Of a stretch of DNA of 64,000 bases, positions 29,646-40,829 are shown in pieces. Within the stretch, counting starts at the first letter, position 1, and each line of letters opens with the position of its first letter. Made by a program: the position numbers and the translations under genes. Source of the DNA: an uncultured Alphaproteobacteria bacterium. Its GTDB lineage: Bacteria; Pseudomonadota; Alphaproteobacteria; Rhizobiales; Xanthobacteraceae. The notes under the pieces were generated by a model that made no database searches, had not been told where the DNA came from, and saw only the letters and a list, made by a program, of their open reading frames with translations. The stretch spans positions 263,741-327,740 of the forward strand of contig CAVOMM010000008.1 of the NCBI GenBank assembly GCA_963697025.1. The letters run 5' to 3'.

Positions 29646-30196
29646 TGCGCGCCAACACCCTTTCGCCATATTTGCTCCGCACTCGCCTGCGATCCACTGC
29701 AGGTCTCGTCTGTGGTCGCAAGCCATGAGTGGAAGCGGCACAACGTCCGGGCGGTCGTTGCCGTCGCGCCGAACATCCTTTCAAAGTCGATCATGCGGTT
29801 TGTAGATGCGGATACGCGGCCGTGACAGGTTCTAACGCCCCGCCGGGCGGCGGCGACAAAGCCGCGCCAAAATCACCGACGGCCGCTGGGCGCGCCGCGG
29901 ACGAGCCCGCGGTCCAAGCCCCGCGTTTGACGGCGCCCATTCCCCCGAATCCGGCAAAGCTTGCGGCCGCACCGTCCGCCAATGGGCCTGCCGCAACTTC
30001 ATCGGGCGGTTCGGCGCAAGGCCCGCGGTCGATTGGCGAAGCTCTGCTTGGTCGCGACGCGTCGGCGGCGCCGTCCTCGCCGGCATCCTCGCCAAACCGC
30101 CAATCTCCGCCATCCCCGCAGGATCCGGGGCGAGGGCCATCGGGCGCTGCCAATTCCCAACCGCCCAGGACGGAGCGACGGGCGAATGAAGTCGGC

Positions 30197-31433
30197 ATGA
30201 CGGTCACGGATTCGAATCGCAGCGATCCCAAGCGCATCGTGCCGCGCAGCCCGCGAACGGCGATCGAACCCGACACGGTCGAAATGCCGCCCCGCCGCTC
30301 GGCCAGCGCGCGGCATCCTCTCGTCGTCATCGGTAACGCCATCATCAGCATTTTTGTGCTGTTGGCGGTATTGGCCGGCGTCGTGCTTTTCGTCGGCGCC
30401 CAGCGCTTCGAGGCGCCGGGTCCGCTGCCGCAGGATCGTATCGTCAATATCCCGCATGGTTCCGGCATGCGTGATATTGCCGATGTTTTGACCCGCGAAG
30501 GCGTGATCGATCAGCCCTGGGTGTTCATCGGCGGCGTACTCGTGCTCAAGGCGCGCGAGGGCCTCAAGGCCGGCGAATACGAGTTCAAGGCGCATTCCAG
30601 CCTGCGCGACGTCGTGGCGACCATCGTCGAGGGCAAGGTGGTGGCGCACCAGGTGAGCGTTCCGGAAGGTCTGACGTTCGCAGCAGATCGTCGCGCGGCT
30701 GCTGGCCGACGACATATTGACCGGCGACATCAAGGCAATACCGGCCGAGGGCACTCTGCTGCCCGATACCTACAATTTCACGCGCGGGGTGACCCGCGAG
30801 CAAATGATCGGGCGCATGCAGCAGGCGCAACAACGCGCGGTCCAGGAGATCTGGGAGCACCGCTCTCCCGATCTGCCGCTCAAGACGCCGGAGCAACTCG
30901 TGACTCTCGCTTCGCTGGTCGAGAAAGAGACCGGCAAATCGGACGAGCGCTCGCGCGTCGCCGCGGTATTCATCAACCGGCTGAAGCAGAATATGCGGCT
31001 GCAGTCCGACCCGACGATCATCTATGGGCTGGTGGGCGGCAAAGGTACGCTCGGCCGGCCGATCCTGAAGAGCGAAATCACCCAACCGACGCCGTACAAT
31101 ACTTACGTCATCAATGGACTGCCGCCCGGCCCGATCACCAATCCGGGCCGCGCCTCGCTCGAAGCGGCCGCCAATCCGGCGCGGACACGCGAACTGTATT
31201 TTGTTGCCGACGGCAGCGGCGGCCACGTTTTCGCCGAGACCTACGAACAGCAGGAACGCAATGTCGCCCGGCTGCGGTCGCTCGAAACCGATCAGAAAGA
31301 TCAGGTCCCGATCGACGAGCAGATGAATTCGCGGCCGCCGGCGCAGGGCGCAACGGCTAATTCCGCCGCACCGGTGGCGGCGCCGCCGCCGTTGCGCGGC
31401 ACCTCGAAACCGCGTGTCCCGGCCGGCCATTGA
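30197..31433 (+). pseudogene. mltG: Endolytic murein transglycosylase MltG (YceG-like), reading frame interrupted by an apparent 1-nt insertion near 30677
   Basis: Frame 1 gives the TM segment and ...KAGEYEFKAHSSLRDVVATIVEGKVVAHQVSVPEGLT up to 30676. The conserved continuation SQQIVARLLADDILTGDIKAIPAEGTLLPDTYNF...NTYVINGLPPGPITNPG is in the next frame from 30678. The N-terminal start is uncertain: a Pro/Ala-rich extension is possible from 29729. Confidence 0.7.
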
Positions 31434-31569
31434 TTGCGGCCGCACGCCCGATCGAGGCGTAACGACGCGAGAGCGGCGGCGGCTTGTTCCGGTGACTTGT
31501 TCCCGTGGATTGCCGCCGTTAAGTTCGGCCCGATTCTTTTTCGCAATTGTGTCGCGGGGACCGCAGTCC

Positions 31570-32457
31570 ATGGCGCTTTCGAGCATGACGGGATTCGCTC
31601 GCGGCCATGGCGTGTCCGGCCCCTATACCTGGGCTTGGGAAATCAAATCGGTCAACGGCAAGGGCCTCGATCTGCGGCTGCGCATGCCGCCCGGATGGGA
31701 TGCCATCGAAGTGCCGGCGCGGGCGCGGGCCGCCGAGGCGCTGACGCGGGGCTCCGTTCAAGCCAACCTGACCGTGGACCGCAGCGGCGCGCAGCCGGTC
31801 GTCCACGTCAACGCGGCGGTGCTCGATGCAATTTTAGCGACGATGAAACAGATCGCGCCGAAGCTCGAAACTTCGCCGCCGTCGCTCGACGGGTTGCTCG
31901 CGCTCAAAGGCGTGATCGAGGTCAGCGATTCCGAGGAGCGCGAAGACGAGCGGCGCAGCGCCGAAGCTGCAGTCACCGCCGGATTTGCCGAGGTGATCGG
32001 CGCGCTCGGCGAGATGCGCCGCCATGAGGGCGCCGCGCTCGGTCGGGTGCTCACCGCGCGATTGGACGAAATCGCCGCGCTCGCCGAGCGCGCCGAGCGG
32101 GCGCCGGGCCGCCGGCCCGAAGCGATACAAGCGCGGCTTACCGAGCAGGTCGCAACGCTGCTCGCGCAGTCCGATCGCTTCGATCCGGACCGGCTGCACC
32201 AGGAAGCGATCATGATCGCGACCAAGGCCGACGTGCGCGAGGAACTCGACCGCCTCGCCGCGCACGTCGCCCAGGCGCGGCATTTGATCGAGCAGGGCGG
32301 GCCGATCGGTCGCCGGCTCGACTTTCTGGCGCAGGAGCTCAATCGCGAAGCCAATACGCTGTGCGCCAAGGCCAACGACGTCGAGCTCACCAATATCGGG
32401 CTGGAGCTGAAAGCCGCGGTCGAGCAATTCCGCGAGCAAGTGCAGAACGTCGAATAG
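31570..32457 (+). CDS. YicC family stress-induced protein
   Basis: MALSSMTGFARG......W.WEIKSVNGKGLDLRLRMP and the C-terminal DFLAQELNREANTLCAKA motif. Confidence 0.85.
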   Translation: MALSSMTGFARGHGVSGPYTWAWEIKSVNGKGLDLRLRMPPGWDAIEVPARARAAEALTRGSVQANLTVDRSGAQPVVHVNAAVLDAILATMKQIAPKLETSPPSLDGLLALKGVIEVSDSEEREDERRSAEAAVTAGFAEVIGALGEMRRHEGAALGRVLTARLDEIAALAERAERAPGRRPEAIQARLTEQVATLLAQSDRFDPDRLHQEAIMIATKADVREELDRLAAHVAQARHLIEQGGPIGRRLDFLAQELNREANTLCAKANDVELTNIGLELKAAVEQFREQVQNVE

Positions 32458-32474
32458 ACCGGCTGGTGGCAGAA

Positions 32475-33131
32475 ATGGCTCGCGGGCGACAAAGTCGAAA
32501 GAAAGTTGAGCGGCGCGGCGTGATGTTCGTGCTGTCGTCGCCGTCCGGCGCCGGGAAGACCACGCTGTCGCGGCTCTTGCTGCGGGCGGATCGCAGGGTC
32601 GAATTATCGGTCTCGGTGACCACGCGCCCCAAACGGCGCGGCGAAATCGATGGCCGCGATTATCATTTCATCGATCACCATCGCTTCGACGCCATGGTCA
32701 AAAAAGGCGAGCTGTTGGAGTGGGCCGAAGTGTTCGGCCATTGCTACGGCACGCCGCGCCGCCCCGTGATCGAAGCGCTACGGGCCGGCCGTGACATTTT
32801 GTTCGATATCGATTGGCAAGGCACGCAGCAGCTCCGCGAAAAAGCCCGCGACGATCTGGTCAGCGTCTTTATCTTGCCGCCGACCGTTCGTGAATTGGAG
32901 CGCCGGCTCAAGCGCCGGGCGCAGGACAGCAAATCCGTGATCGGCGCGCGCATGGCCAAGGCCGCGGGCGAGATGAGCCACTGGCCGGAATACGACTACG
33001 TCATCGTCAACCGCGACAAGGCCGAAGCCTTCGCCGAAGTGCGGGCGATCCTGGCCGCCGAGCGGCTCAAGCGCGAGCGGCAAATCGGGCTGTCCGACTT
33101 CGTGCGCGCACTGCAGGCGAAGCTTAAATAA
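32475..33131 (+). CDS. gmk: Guanylate kinase
   Basis: P-loop SSPSGAGKTT, TTRPKRRGEIDGRDYHF, and LLEWAEVFGHCYGT. Confidence 0.95.
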   Translation: MARGRQSRKKVERRGVMFVLSSPSGAGKTTLSRLLLRADRRVELSVSVTTRPKRRGEIDGRDYHFIDHHRFDAMVKKGELLEWAEVFGHCYGTPRRPVIEALRAGRDILFDIDWQGTQQLREKARDDLVSVFILPPTVRELERRLKRRAQDSKSVIGARMAKAAGEMSHWPEYDYVIVNRDKAEAFAEVRAILAAERLKRERQIGLSDFVRALQAKLK

Positions 33132-34191
33132 CGCTTTCGATCGACAGCACGGTTCGCCCGACCACGCGGCCGGCGCGCAGATCGTCGAGCGCCGCTTGCG
33201 CCTGATCGAGCGGACGTTCATGGGTCGGGATTGTGTGCAGCTTGCCGCTGCGCGCCAGGTCGATGAGCTCGCGCGCTTCGGCGAGCGTGCCGGTCAGCGT
33301 GCCCTCGACCGTCATGGCTTTGATCACGATCATCGCGGCCGCTATCGAGAAATTACCGCCGAGCAATCCCGTCACCACGACCTTGCCGCCGCGGCCGAGC
33401 ACTCCGGTCGCGAATTGCAGCGATTTTTCCGAGCCGACGAAATCGCAAGCCGCGAGCACGCCGCCGGTGGCCGCCATGACAGCACGGCGGGCCTGCGGGT
33501 CGGACGGATCGAAAGCCTGCGCCGCGCCGGCGGCAAGCGCCGCGTCGCGTTTGTCGGCAGCGATGTCGGCAACCAGCGGCGGCTCGTGGAACAACGCCCG
33601 TGCGATGGCGAGGCCCATCATGCCGACGCCGCCCATTCCAACCAGCAGCACCGGGCCGCGCGTGGCCCGTTCGCCGAGATGCCTGAGCGCCGAAAAGGCG
33701 GTGAGGCCCGAGCACATCAGCATGCCGGCAAAGTCCGGCGACAGCGGCGCATAGTCAATGAGATAGCGCGGATGCGGCACCAGGACGTGGGAGGCGTAGC
33801 CGCCGTCGACGGCAATGCCGAGATGACGATGCCTGGAGCACAGGTTGTCGTCGCCGGCGAGGCAGGCGGGGCAGGTGCCGCATCCGATCCACGGATAGAC
33901 CGCGACGCGGCGCCCGATTGCCGCGCCTTCGGCCGTTTCGCCGGCAGCCTCAATGACGCCGGCGATCTCGTGTCCGAGCGTGAAGGGCAAAGTGCGGTCC
34001 TTGGTGATGTCGAGCCGCTTGTCGCCGCCCAGCGCGAAATAGCCGTCCTGCAGATGCAGGTCGGAATGGCAGACGCCGCAACACTCCACCCGCAGCAGAA
34101 CTTCGCTGCCGCGCGGCGTCGGCAGATCCGCGAGCGTCTCACAGAGTGGTTGGCCGTAGGCGACAAGCGACTGGCGGTGGAATTTGGTCAT
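33124..34191 (-). CDS. Zinc-dependent alcohol dehydrogenase family oxidoreductase
   Basis: GVCHSDLHLQDG, GHEIAGVI, a structural-zinc Cys cluster (CGTCPACLAGDDNLC), and GMGGVG Rossmann. Confidence 0.85.
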   Translation of the reverse strand: MTKFHRQSLVAYGQPLCETLADLPTPRGSEVLLRVECCGVCHSDLHLQDGYFALGGDKRLDITKDRTLPFTLGHEIAGVIEAAGETAEGAAIGRRVAVYPWIGCGTCPACLAGDDNLCSRHRHLGIAVDGGYASHVLVPHPRYLIDYAPLSPDFAGMLMCSGLTAFSALRHLGERATRGPVLLVGMGGVGMMGLAIARALFHEPPLVADIAADKRDAALAAGAAQAFDPSDPQARRAVMAATGGVLAACDFVGSEKSLQFATGVLGRGGKVVVTGLLGGNFSIAAAMIVIKAMTVEGTLTGTLAEARELIDLARSGKLHTIPTHERPLDQAQAALDDLRAGRVVGRTVLSIESVI

Positions 34192-34225
34192 CGCGGCTTT
34201 GGCCTCATCGTTTCGGGGATACGCA

Positions 34226-35086
34226 TCATGCCCGATGATGGGGGGCTGCGGCGAGGGCCCGCGCCAAGGCGACAAAGCCGGCGACGGGGACGTCCTCCGC
34301 CCGCGCCGTCGGCTCGAGGCCTGCCGCCGCGATCAGGCTGGGCGCATCCATGCCGAGCGAGCGCAGGCTCTGGCGCAGCATTTTGCGGCGTTGCCCGAAG
34401 GCGGCCTGGGTCGCCCGCTCGAGCAGCTTGAGCTCGCACGGAAGCGGCGCCGCGCGCGGCACGAGACGGACGAGCGAAGAGGTGACTTTGGGCGGCGGCA
34501 CGAAGGCTGCGGGGTTCACATCGAACAAGATTCGCGCTTCGCAGCGCCACTGCACCAGGACCGATAGTCGCCCATAGCTTTTCGAGCCAGGCGCGGCGAC
34601 GATGCGTTCGGCGACCTCGCGCTGGAACATCAGCACCGCGGAATCGAACCACGGCGGCCACGGTTCGATGGAGAGCCAGCCGACCAGCAGAGCGGTTGCA
34701 ATGTTGTAGGGCAGATTGGCGACGATACGCACCGGTCCGGCGGGAAGCTGCGGCCTCGGGTCGAAGCGCAGAGCGTCGGCCGCGACGATATCGAGGCGGC
34801 CCGGATAAAGCGCTGCGATCTCATGTAAGGCAGCGATCGCCCGTTCGTCCCGCTCCACGGCAACCACATGCGGGGCGCCTTGCGCCAACAGCGCGCGCGA
34901 CAAGCCGCCCGGCCCGGGGCCGATTTCAAGAACGGTCACTCCAGCGAGCGGTTCGGCGGCTCGGGCGATGCGAGCGGCGAGGTTGAGATCGAAGAGGAAA
35001 TTTTGCCCAAGCGATTTCTTGGCGACAAGACCGTGCCGGCGGATCACTTCGCGTAGTGGCGGCAGGCTGTCGGAAGGGTCGCTCAC
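34226..35086 (-). CDS. rsmA: 16S rRNA (adenine1518/1519-N6)-dimethyltransferase
   Basis: [26 protein letters not shown], and NLPYNI. Confidence 0.95.
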   Translation of the reverse strand: MSDPSDSLPPLREVIRRHGLVAKKSLGQNFLFDLNLAARIARAAEPLAGVTVLEIGPGPGGLSRALLAQGAPHVVAVERDERAIAALHEIAALYPGRLDIVAADALRFDPRPQLPAGPVRIVANLPYNIATALLVGWLSIEPWPPWFDSAVLMFQREVAERIVAAPGSKSYGRLSVLVQWRCEARILFDVNPAAFVPPPKVTSSLVRLVPRAAPLPCELKLLERATQAAFGQRRKMLRQSLRSLGMDAPSLIAAAGLEPTARAEDVPVAGFVALARALAAAPHHRA

Positions 35087-36117
35087 GATGCGGCGAGAGG
35101 CACCGCCCGCGCGGCGCTCGGCGTGGCTCCGGCGAGCCGCGCCGCCAGCCGCAGTGCGGCGATCAGACTGGTCGGATCGGCGCGGCCGGTGCCGGCAATG
35201 TCGAAGGCGGTGCCGTGATCCGGCGACGTGCGCACGAACGGCAGCCCGAGCGTGACGTTGACGGCGTGATCGAAGGCAAGCGTCTTGATCGGGATCAGCG
35301 CCTGATCGTGATACATGCAGAGCGCCGCGTCATAGCTCGCGCGCGCACGTTCGTGAAACATCAAGTCGGCGGCAAGCGGGCCTTTGGCATCGATCCCCTC
35401 GGCAACAAGGCGCGCCACCGCCGGCGCGACGATCGTGCGATCTTCCTCGCCGAGCGTGCCCGCTTCGCCGGCATGCGGGTTGAGCCCGGCGATCGCCAGC
35501 CGCGGGTGCGCGATCTTAAAGCGCGCGGCAAGATCGTGCGCGACGATGCGTCCGGTTTCGACCACGAGTTCGCTGGAAAGGTGCTTGAAGATTTCGCGGA
35601 GCGGCAAATGGATCGTGACCGGCACGACCGCGAGTTCGGGCGACCACAGCATCATCACCGGACGCAGCGACATGCCGGTCGCCTCCTGCACCAGCGTCGC
35701 CAGAAACTCGGTATGGCCGGGCTCGGCGAAGCCCCAATTGTACAGCACGTTCTTGGCGACGGGATTGGTGACGACGGCCGCCGCCGCGCCGGCCATGACG
35801 TCGGCGACCGCACGCCGGATCGAAGCCACCGCGGCGGGCGCGCTCGAGCGATCCGGCTGGCCCGGTTGGGCCGTCACGGCGATGTCGAGAGGCAATACCG
35901 GCAGCGCCGAGTGAAATGTCGCCGCGGCCGACGGCGCCGTCACGTGGGCGATCGGCACGTCGAGGCCGAGTGTGGCGGCCCGCCGCCGGAGAAATCCGGG
36001 ATCGGCGACCATGTAAAATGGCGGTAGGTCAAGCTCGGCGCGGCGCCGCCAGATTGCCAGAGCGAGATCGGGGCCGATCCCAGCGGGCTCGCCGAGCGTC
36101 AATGCCAGAACTTGCAC
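35083..36117 (-). CDS. pdxA: 4-hydroxythreonine-4-phosphate dehydrogenase
   Basis: [22 protein letters not shown], and [14 protein letters not shown]. 4-nt overlap with rsmA. Confidence 0.95.
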   Translation of the reverse strand: MQVLALTLGEPAGIGPDLALAIWRRRAELDLPPFYMVADPGFLRRRAATLGLDVPIAHVTAPSAAATFHSALPVLPLDIAVTAQPGQPDRSSAPAAVASIRRAVADVMAGAAAAVVTNPVAKNVLYNWGFAEPGHTEFLATLVQEATGMSLRPVMMLWSPELAVVPVTIHLPLREIFKHLSSELVVETGRIVAHDLAARFKIAHPRLAIAGLNPHAGEAGTLGEEDRTIVAPAVARLVAEGIDAKGPLAADLMFHERARASYDAALCMYHDQALIPIKTLAFDHAVNVTLGLPFVRTSPDHGTAFDIAGTGRADPTSLIAALRLAARLAGATPSAARAVPLAAS

Positions 36118-36215
36118 GAGCCTGCATCCTTCACGCAGTCTAAAATACGCCTGCAGCGGACTTGATCCATGGCAAAAAACGGATGCCTGGAAAGACCGCG
36201 CCTCACTTGACGGCT

Positions 36216-37151
36216 CTATTTGTATTCGATCATCGCCTGGCGGCGCAAATCGGCGAGGTAGCGCTTGGCCTTGGCGCCGAATTTCTTCTCGAATATCTGA
36301 TCGCGCAATTTCCGCGCTTCCGGCGTATCGGTCTTCAACTCCTTTTTGGAGCAGATGGCGAACATCTGGATGCCCTCGTCGGTCTGCTCGGGCGGCGTCA
36401 GGTGGCCGACCTCGGTGCTGTCGAGGATGTCGCGGAGTTGCTGCGGCAGGTCGGCTGAGGATTTGGGCACCGGGTCGCGCACCGCGACTTCCGCCAACCC
36501 TTGCGCAAACGCCACGCCGTCGGTGCAGTTGGCGAAGCGGCCGCGCAAAGCGTCGGCTTCGCGCTTGCGCGCTTCGTAGGTGGCAGGCGGAGAGCCGCGC
36601 GGCACCACGAGGATGATCGGCCGCATCATGTACTCGTAGCCCACTTCGCTTTTTTGGTCGGGCTGGTGCAGCTTGAGCTCTGCCTCAATGTCGGTGTCGG
36701 GGATTTCCAGGCTTGCCTTGTAGCGTCCGCGCACCAGACTGGACCAGGCAATCTGCGCCTTCAGCTGCAGCTTGAGGGTAGCCTCGCTCGCCCCGCCGCT
36801 GGCAAGCATCTGCGTCAGCTTTTGGGTGTCCACTCCCATACGGCTTGCCACGCTGGCATAGGCATTGTTCACGTCCGTGTCGCTCGGCGCGATCTCGTAG
36901 CGCTTGGCCTCGCGCAATTCGAGGATTTGGTCGATGAGACTGTCGATCGCTTCCTGCCGCGGCGGCGGCTTGTGGGAGCTCAACTCCATGAATTTGGCGC
37001 GTTGCTGAATGTCGAGCGACGTAATCGGCTCGCCATTGACCAGCACCACGACTTCTTCCTGGGAACGGGCAGTCGAGGCCACGGCAAGCAGGGTTGCCGT
37101 GGCAAGCACCAAAGCCCCGAGCCGGGCGCTGACTGCAATCTGCGACCTCAC
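36216..37151 (-). CDS. SurA-like periplasmic chaperone (SurA N-terminal domain protein)
   Basis: GTG 37151 after GGGAGAGGA. Signal peptide, then VNGEPITSLDIQQR...AIDSLIDQILELREAKR. Conserved lptD-surA-pdxA-rsmA position. Confidence 0.8.
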   Translation of the reverse strand: MRSQIAVSARLGALVLATATLLAVASTARSQEEVVVLVNGEPITSLDIQQRAKFMELSSHKPPPRQEAIDSLIDQILELREAKRYEIAPSDTDVNNAYASVASRMGVDTQKLTQMLASGGASEATLKLQLKAQIAWSSLVRGRYKASLEIPDTDIEAELKLHQPDQKSEVGYEYMMRPIILVVPRGSPPATYEARKREADALRGRFANCTDGVAFAQGLAEVAVRDPVPKSSADLPQQLRDILDSTEVGHLTPPEQTDEGIQMFAICSKKELKTDTPEARKLRDQIFEKKFGAKAKRYLADLRRQAMIEYK

Positions 37152-37242
37152 TGTTCCTCTCCCTCGACGGCAGGGGTCCTGCCGGCTTGACCGATTCGCC
37201 CCCGAAATTTCGCGACACCAACCCATAAACTCACGGCAAAAT

Positions 37243-39726
37243 TTAGAACGACGCGCCCACCGGTGCCAAAGCATCGGGTCCGAGCGTCCGCAAGCTGAAT
37301 TGCAGCATGACCGTGCTGTCCCTGACCGGTGTTGAATTGGCAATGGCAGTATATGTGTATCCGGTAAGCCAGTTCACGGACAACATGAAGCAGTCATCGA
37401 CGTAGCCAATTCCAATCCGGGATTGGTCGATCTGATCGTTGGCGATATCGTAGCGGGCGGAGCCGAGTGCGATCCAGTTCTCCGTCAGCTTGACCGATGC
37501 TCCGGCGAGGATGCCTTCGCGACGGGTCAGGAAGCCGAGCAGCGGTTGCGCGGCATAATCGCCGTAGAGCACCTGCAGTGTCCAGCGATCGAAGTTGGCG
37601 CGGCTTTCGAACTCGAGACGCTGCGGCGTAAATGTCGCTTGGTCGAAACGCCCTCGTGCGGTGAACGAATAAACCTGGTTTGGCTGATACGTTACCCGGC
37701 CGACGTAATCCGAGACAGACTTGTCGAGACCGCTTTCCAGGCCGGTATTGGTGAAATCGGGGGTCTGGAACGAGTTCTGGCCGAACAATGCATAGGATTG
37801 TCCGAACAGGACATTGAGCGAGCCCGCGCGGTTGACCTGGGCGGTATATTGCACGCCGGCATTGACTCGGCTGCCGCCTTCTACGCGATCCCAGCCGGCG
37901 AACTTGTCGATCGCGAACAGGTTCGAATCGTCGAAAATCAGGCTCTGCGAGTCTTCGTTTGGAAATTTGCCGATGGCGGTTTCGTTGGGACGCAAGATCA
38001 GCTGGGCGATCGGTTCGATCGTCTGCGTCCCCCACGGTTCCACGTCAACGAAGGGATAGCGATATTCGACGCCGGCGGCCGGCATGGCGCGCGCCAGATC
38101 GGTTTGGCCGGGAGCGATATAGTTGGCAACGCCGAGCGCATTGTCGACGTTGACCGAGGCGAGGTCGCCGCGGAACTGGAAGAACGGCATGATCATCTGG
38201 CCGTTGTCGGTGACGACGGTGCGGCGCCAATCGAGCTCGGTGGAAGCGCGGGTGTACTGTCCCGGGATGGCGCGCAACAGGCAGTTCGCCGGAATGGCGG
38301 TGTCGGCGGTCGGGCTGGCACAGGTGCCGATGGCCTGCGCGTTCTGCGTGATCGACTGGAATTCGGCCTGTTGCCGGCTCAAGCTCGTCAGGTTGAATTT
38401 GTAGCTGAATTCGCCGCCGAGAACCGGCTGCGCCAATACATTGGAATAATCGAGCACGGGATGGATGATCGGAATCTGTGCTTGGACGTCCTGTTGCGAG
38501 AAGCCGTAATAGTAGATTGAACGGACGTTGAAATAGCTGCGTTCGCCGGCGCCGCTCAGGTAGAGCTGCGAGACTCCCTGCGAGGCGACGCCGGTTTGGA
38601 ATGGATCGAATGCGCCACTGAATTGCCGGAGCTGATAGTCGAACAGGAACTGGGTATCGGTGACCAACAGCCCGGTCCATCCCCAGACCCATTTGTCGTT
38701 GATCGCGAACTGGCCCGCCGTCTGAATTGCGCCGCGAAACGTCTGCGCGGTCGGGCTATTCGGCCCGTCGCGGCCGGCGAAGTAGCCGGGGTCCTGCTGG
38801 AAAATGCCGGCCGCCCTGATCGAGTAGGAACCGTTGAGCAGACGATGCCGCCACTCGGCTTCGCCGAGCACGCCCTGCTTGGTCGTCAACAGCGTGCCGA
38901 AGGTCAGGTCGTAATTGGGCGCCAGCGCCCAAAAATATTTCGGCTCGACGCCAAAGCCGTATTGCGAGGACTCCGAGAGGCCCGGAAACAGAAATCCGCT
39001 TTTGCGCTTCACTGTCGGATCGGGCGCCGACATGAACGGGACGTAAGCCAGCGGCACCCCGAAAAATTCGACGCGAGCGTCCTCGAAATACAGCATCTTC
39101 TCGCCCTCGTCGTGGATGATCCGCGCCGCCTGGACCTGCCACAGCGGCGGTTTTTTGGGATCGTCCCTGCAGGGTTCGCAAGCCGTATAGACGCCGTTTT
39201 GCAGGACGGTGTAGTTGCCTTTGGCGCGATCGGCGCGCGCTGCGGCAAAGCGCGTGTCGTCGGGCGTTTCCAGCCGCAGCGAATCGACAAAGCCGTCGCG
39301 GAAGTCGTCGCTCAGATCGATGGTCTGGCCATAGGTGATCTTGCCATCCGCCTCGGTCAGCCGGACGTTGCCTTGGGCGCGCAGCCGCTTGGTCTTTTGC
39401 TCGTAAATGACCTGATCTGCTTCGATGGTGGCGCCGCCGTAGTAGATTTGCACGTTGCCGACGGCGGCGACCGTATTGTTGGTGTAGTCGTATTTGATCT
39501 CGGTCGCCTGCACGAGCATCGGGGCATTGGACGGCGGCGCCGGTTTTTTCGGCGGCGGCGGCGGCCGGGGCGGGAAATGCATCAGATTGCCCGCCTGCTG
39601 GGCGAACAGCGGTGCGGCTAAGAGGGTCGACCCGATGATAAACGCCAGCAACGCAGCCAGCGCCGTTGCACCAACGCGAACGCTACTACGCAGGCCGGGA
39701 CAGAGGGGGCTACGCGTACTCGCCAC
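37243..39726 (-). CDS. lptD: LPS-assembly outer-membrane protein LptD
   Basis: OstA N-terminal domain (ATEIKYDYTNNTVAAVGNVQIYYGGATIEADQVIY) and a large beta-barrel. The proposed GTG 39726 start shares 1 nt with the lptG stop. The track start at 40062 runs deep into lptG. Confidence 0.9.
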   Translation of the reverse strand: MASTRSPLCPGLRSSVRVGATALAALLAFIIGSTLLAAPLFAQQAGNLMHFPPRPPPPPKKPAPPSNAPMLVQATEIKYDYTNNTVAAVGNVQIYYGGATIEADQVIYEQKTKRLRAQGNVRLTEADGKITYGQTIDLSDDFRDGFVDSLRLETPDDTRFAAARADRAKGNYTVLQNGVYTACEPCRDDPKKPPLWQVQAARIIHDEGEKMLYFEDARVEFFGVPLAYVPFMSAPDPTVKRKSGFLFPGLSESSQYGFGVEPKYFWALAPNYDLTFGTLLTTKQGVLGEAEWRHRLLNGSYSIRAAGIFQQDPGYFAGRDGPNSPTAQTFRGAIQTAGQFAINDKWVWGWTGLLVTDTQFLFDYQLRQFSGAFDPFQTGVASQGVSQLYLSGAGERSYFNVRSIYYYGFSQQDVQAQIPIIHPVLDYSNVLAQPVLGGEFSYKFNLTSLSRQQAEFQSITQNAQAIGTCASPTADTAIPANCLLRAIPGQYTRASTELDWRRTVVTDNGQMIMPFFQFRGDLASVNVDNALGVANYIAPGQTDLARAMPAAGVEYRYPFVDVEPWGTQTIEPIAQLILRPNETAIGKFPNEDSQSLIFDDSNLFAIDKFAGWDRVEGGSRVNAGVQYTAQVNRAGSLNVLFGQSYALFGQNSFQTPDFTNTGLESGLDKSVSDYVGRVTYQPNQVYSFTARGRFDQATFTPQRLEFESRANFDRWTLQVLYGDYAAQPLLGFLTRREGILAGASVKLTENWIALGSARYDIANDQIDQSRIGIGYVDDCFMLSVNWLTGYTYTAIANSTPVRDSTVMLQFSLRTLGPDALAPVGASF

Positions 39727-40829
39727 TAGCCGTCCTCCTGGAACAACAGCGCGACGAAGCCGGTCAAGCCTCCGACAACGACAGGAATCCACGCTGCGGC
39801 CGCCGGCGGCATGAGCTCCGCTCTGCTCATGTCGTCGGTGATTTTCTGCAGGACGAACAGCAGAAATCCGGCGGTGATACCGCTTAACACCATTTTCTGC
39901 ACGCCGCCGAAGCGGAAGAAGCGCAGGCTCACGGACGCCGCGAGCAAGACCATCGCCGCGAGCAGAAACGGGCGCGCCAGGAGCTGCTGATATTGCAGGC
40001 GATAACCGGCGGCGCCGAGCCCGGCGCGGTCGGCGAGGTCGATATAGGTGGGCAATTCCCAAAACGGCACGGTCTCGGGCGTTGCAAAGCTTTCCCGCAC
40101 CTGCTCCAGCGTCAGATTGGTGGCGACGCGATAGCTGTCTTCAACGTCCGGCGCTTTGCCGCCGGCATAGATGCGGGCATCCTGAAGCTGCCAATAGCCC
40201 TGCTCCAGCGTGGCGCTTTGCGCCTCGATCCGCTGCTGGAAATGACCCTCACGATCGAACGTGTAGATGGTGACGCCGCCGAGCTGGGCGCCTTGCTCGC
40301 GGCTGGTGCTGGCATTGATGATGGCCGCGCCGTTGGCGCTTTTCTGGCGGACCCAGAATCCGCTGGTGCTTTCCTGCAACGCCGACATGTTCTCCCCCAA
40401 CATTTCGGCTTCGAGACGTTTCGAGCGCTCGTGCAACAATGCGGCGACGGGATTGTAGACGGTGGTGGCGACGCTGCCGAAGATGAAAGCCGCGATCATG
40501 GCGGGAGCCACGAACTGCCAGGCGGAAACTCCGGCCGACCGCGCTACGACGAGTTCGAGCCGCCGCGACAGCGTCAGGTAGCACGACATGGCGCCGACCA
40601 GCACCGAGAACGGCATGATGCGTTCGGTCAGCTGCGGCACGCGGTACATCGAGATCTTGGCGAGCACCCAGGCCGTGGCGTTGGGCCAGTCGGCGCCGCG
40701 GCGCATCAGTTCGACGTAGTCCATCATCGCCGCCAGAACCACGACGCCGATGAACGAGCCGACCACGGACGTGAGGAACCGCATTCCGAAATAACGCGAC
40801 AGCGTGCCGGTGATCATGGGCTGTCTCAT
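39726..40829 (-). CDS. lptG: LPS export ABC transporter permease LptG
   Basis: YjgP/YjgQ family, six TM segments, second gene of the lptFG pair. Confidence 0.9.
   Translation of the reverse strand: MRQPMITGTLSRYFGMRFLTSVVGSFIGVVVLAAMMDYVELMRRGADWPNATAWVLAKISMYRVPQLTERIMPFSVLVGAMSCYLTLSRRLELVVARSAGVSAWQFVAPAMIAAFIFGSVATTVYNPVAALLHERSKRLEAEMLGENMSALQESTSGFWVRQKSANGAAIINASTSREQGAQLGGVTIYTFDREGHFQQRIEAQSATLEQGYWQLQDARIYAGGKAPDVEDSYRVATNLTLEQVRESFATPETVPFWELPTYIDLADRAGLGAAGYRLQYQQLLARPFLLAAMVLLAASVSLRFFRFGGVQKMVLSGITAGFLLFVLQKITDDMSRAELMPPAAAAWIPVVVGGLTGFVALLFQEDG

Noticed and set aside
26012-29741. Long minus-strand ORFs 26012-27178 (388 aa) and 27951-29741 (596 aa)
   Set aside because: They are antisense to fabD/fabG and to acpP/fabF, all of which have unmistakable motifs. 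They are shadow ORFs.
29729-30196. Long Pro/Ala/Ser-rich extension upstream of the mltG TM segment
   Set aside because: It could be a genuine low-complexity cytoplasmic tail or an over-extended ORF, and I cannot decide from sequence alone. I annotated the first ATG preceding the TM segment (30197) instead.
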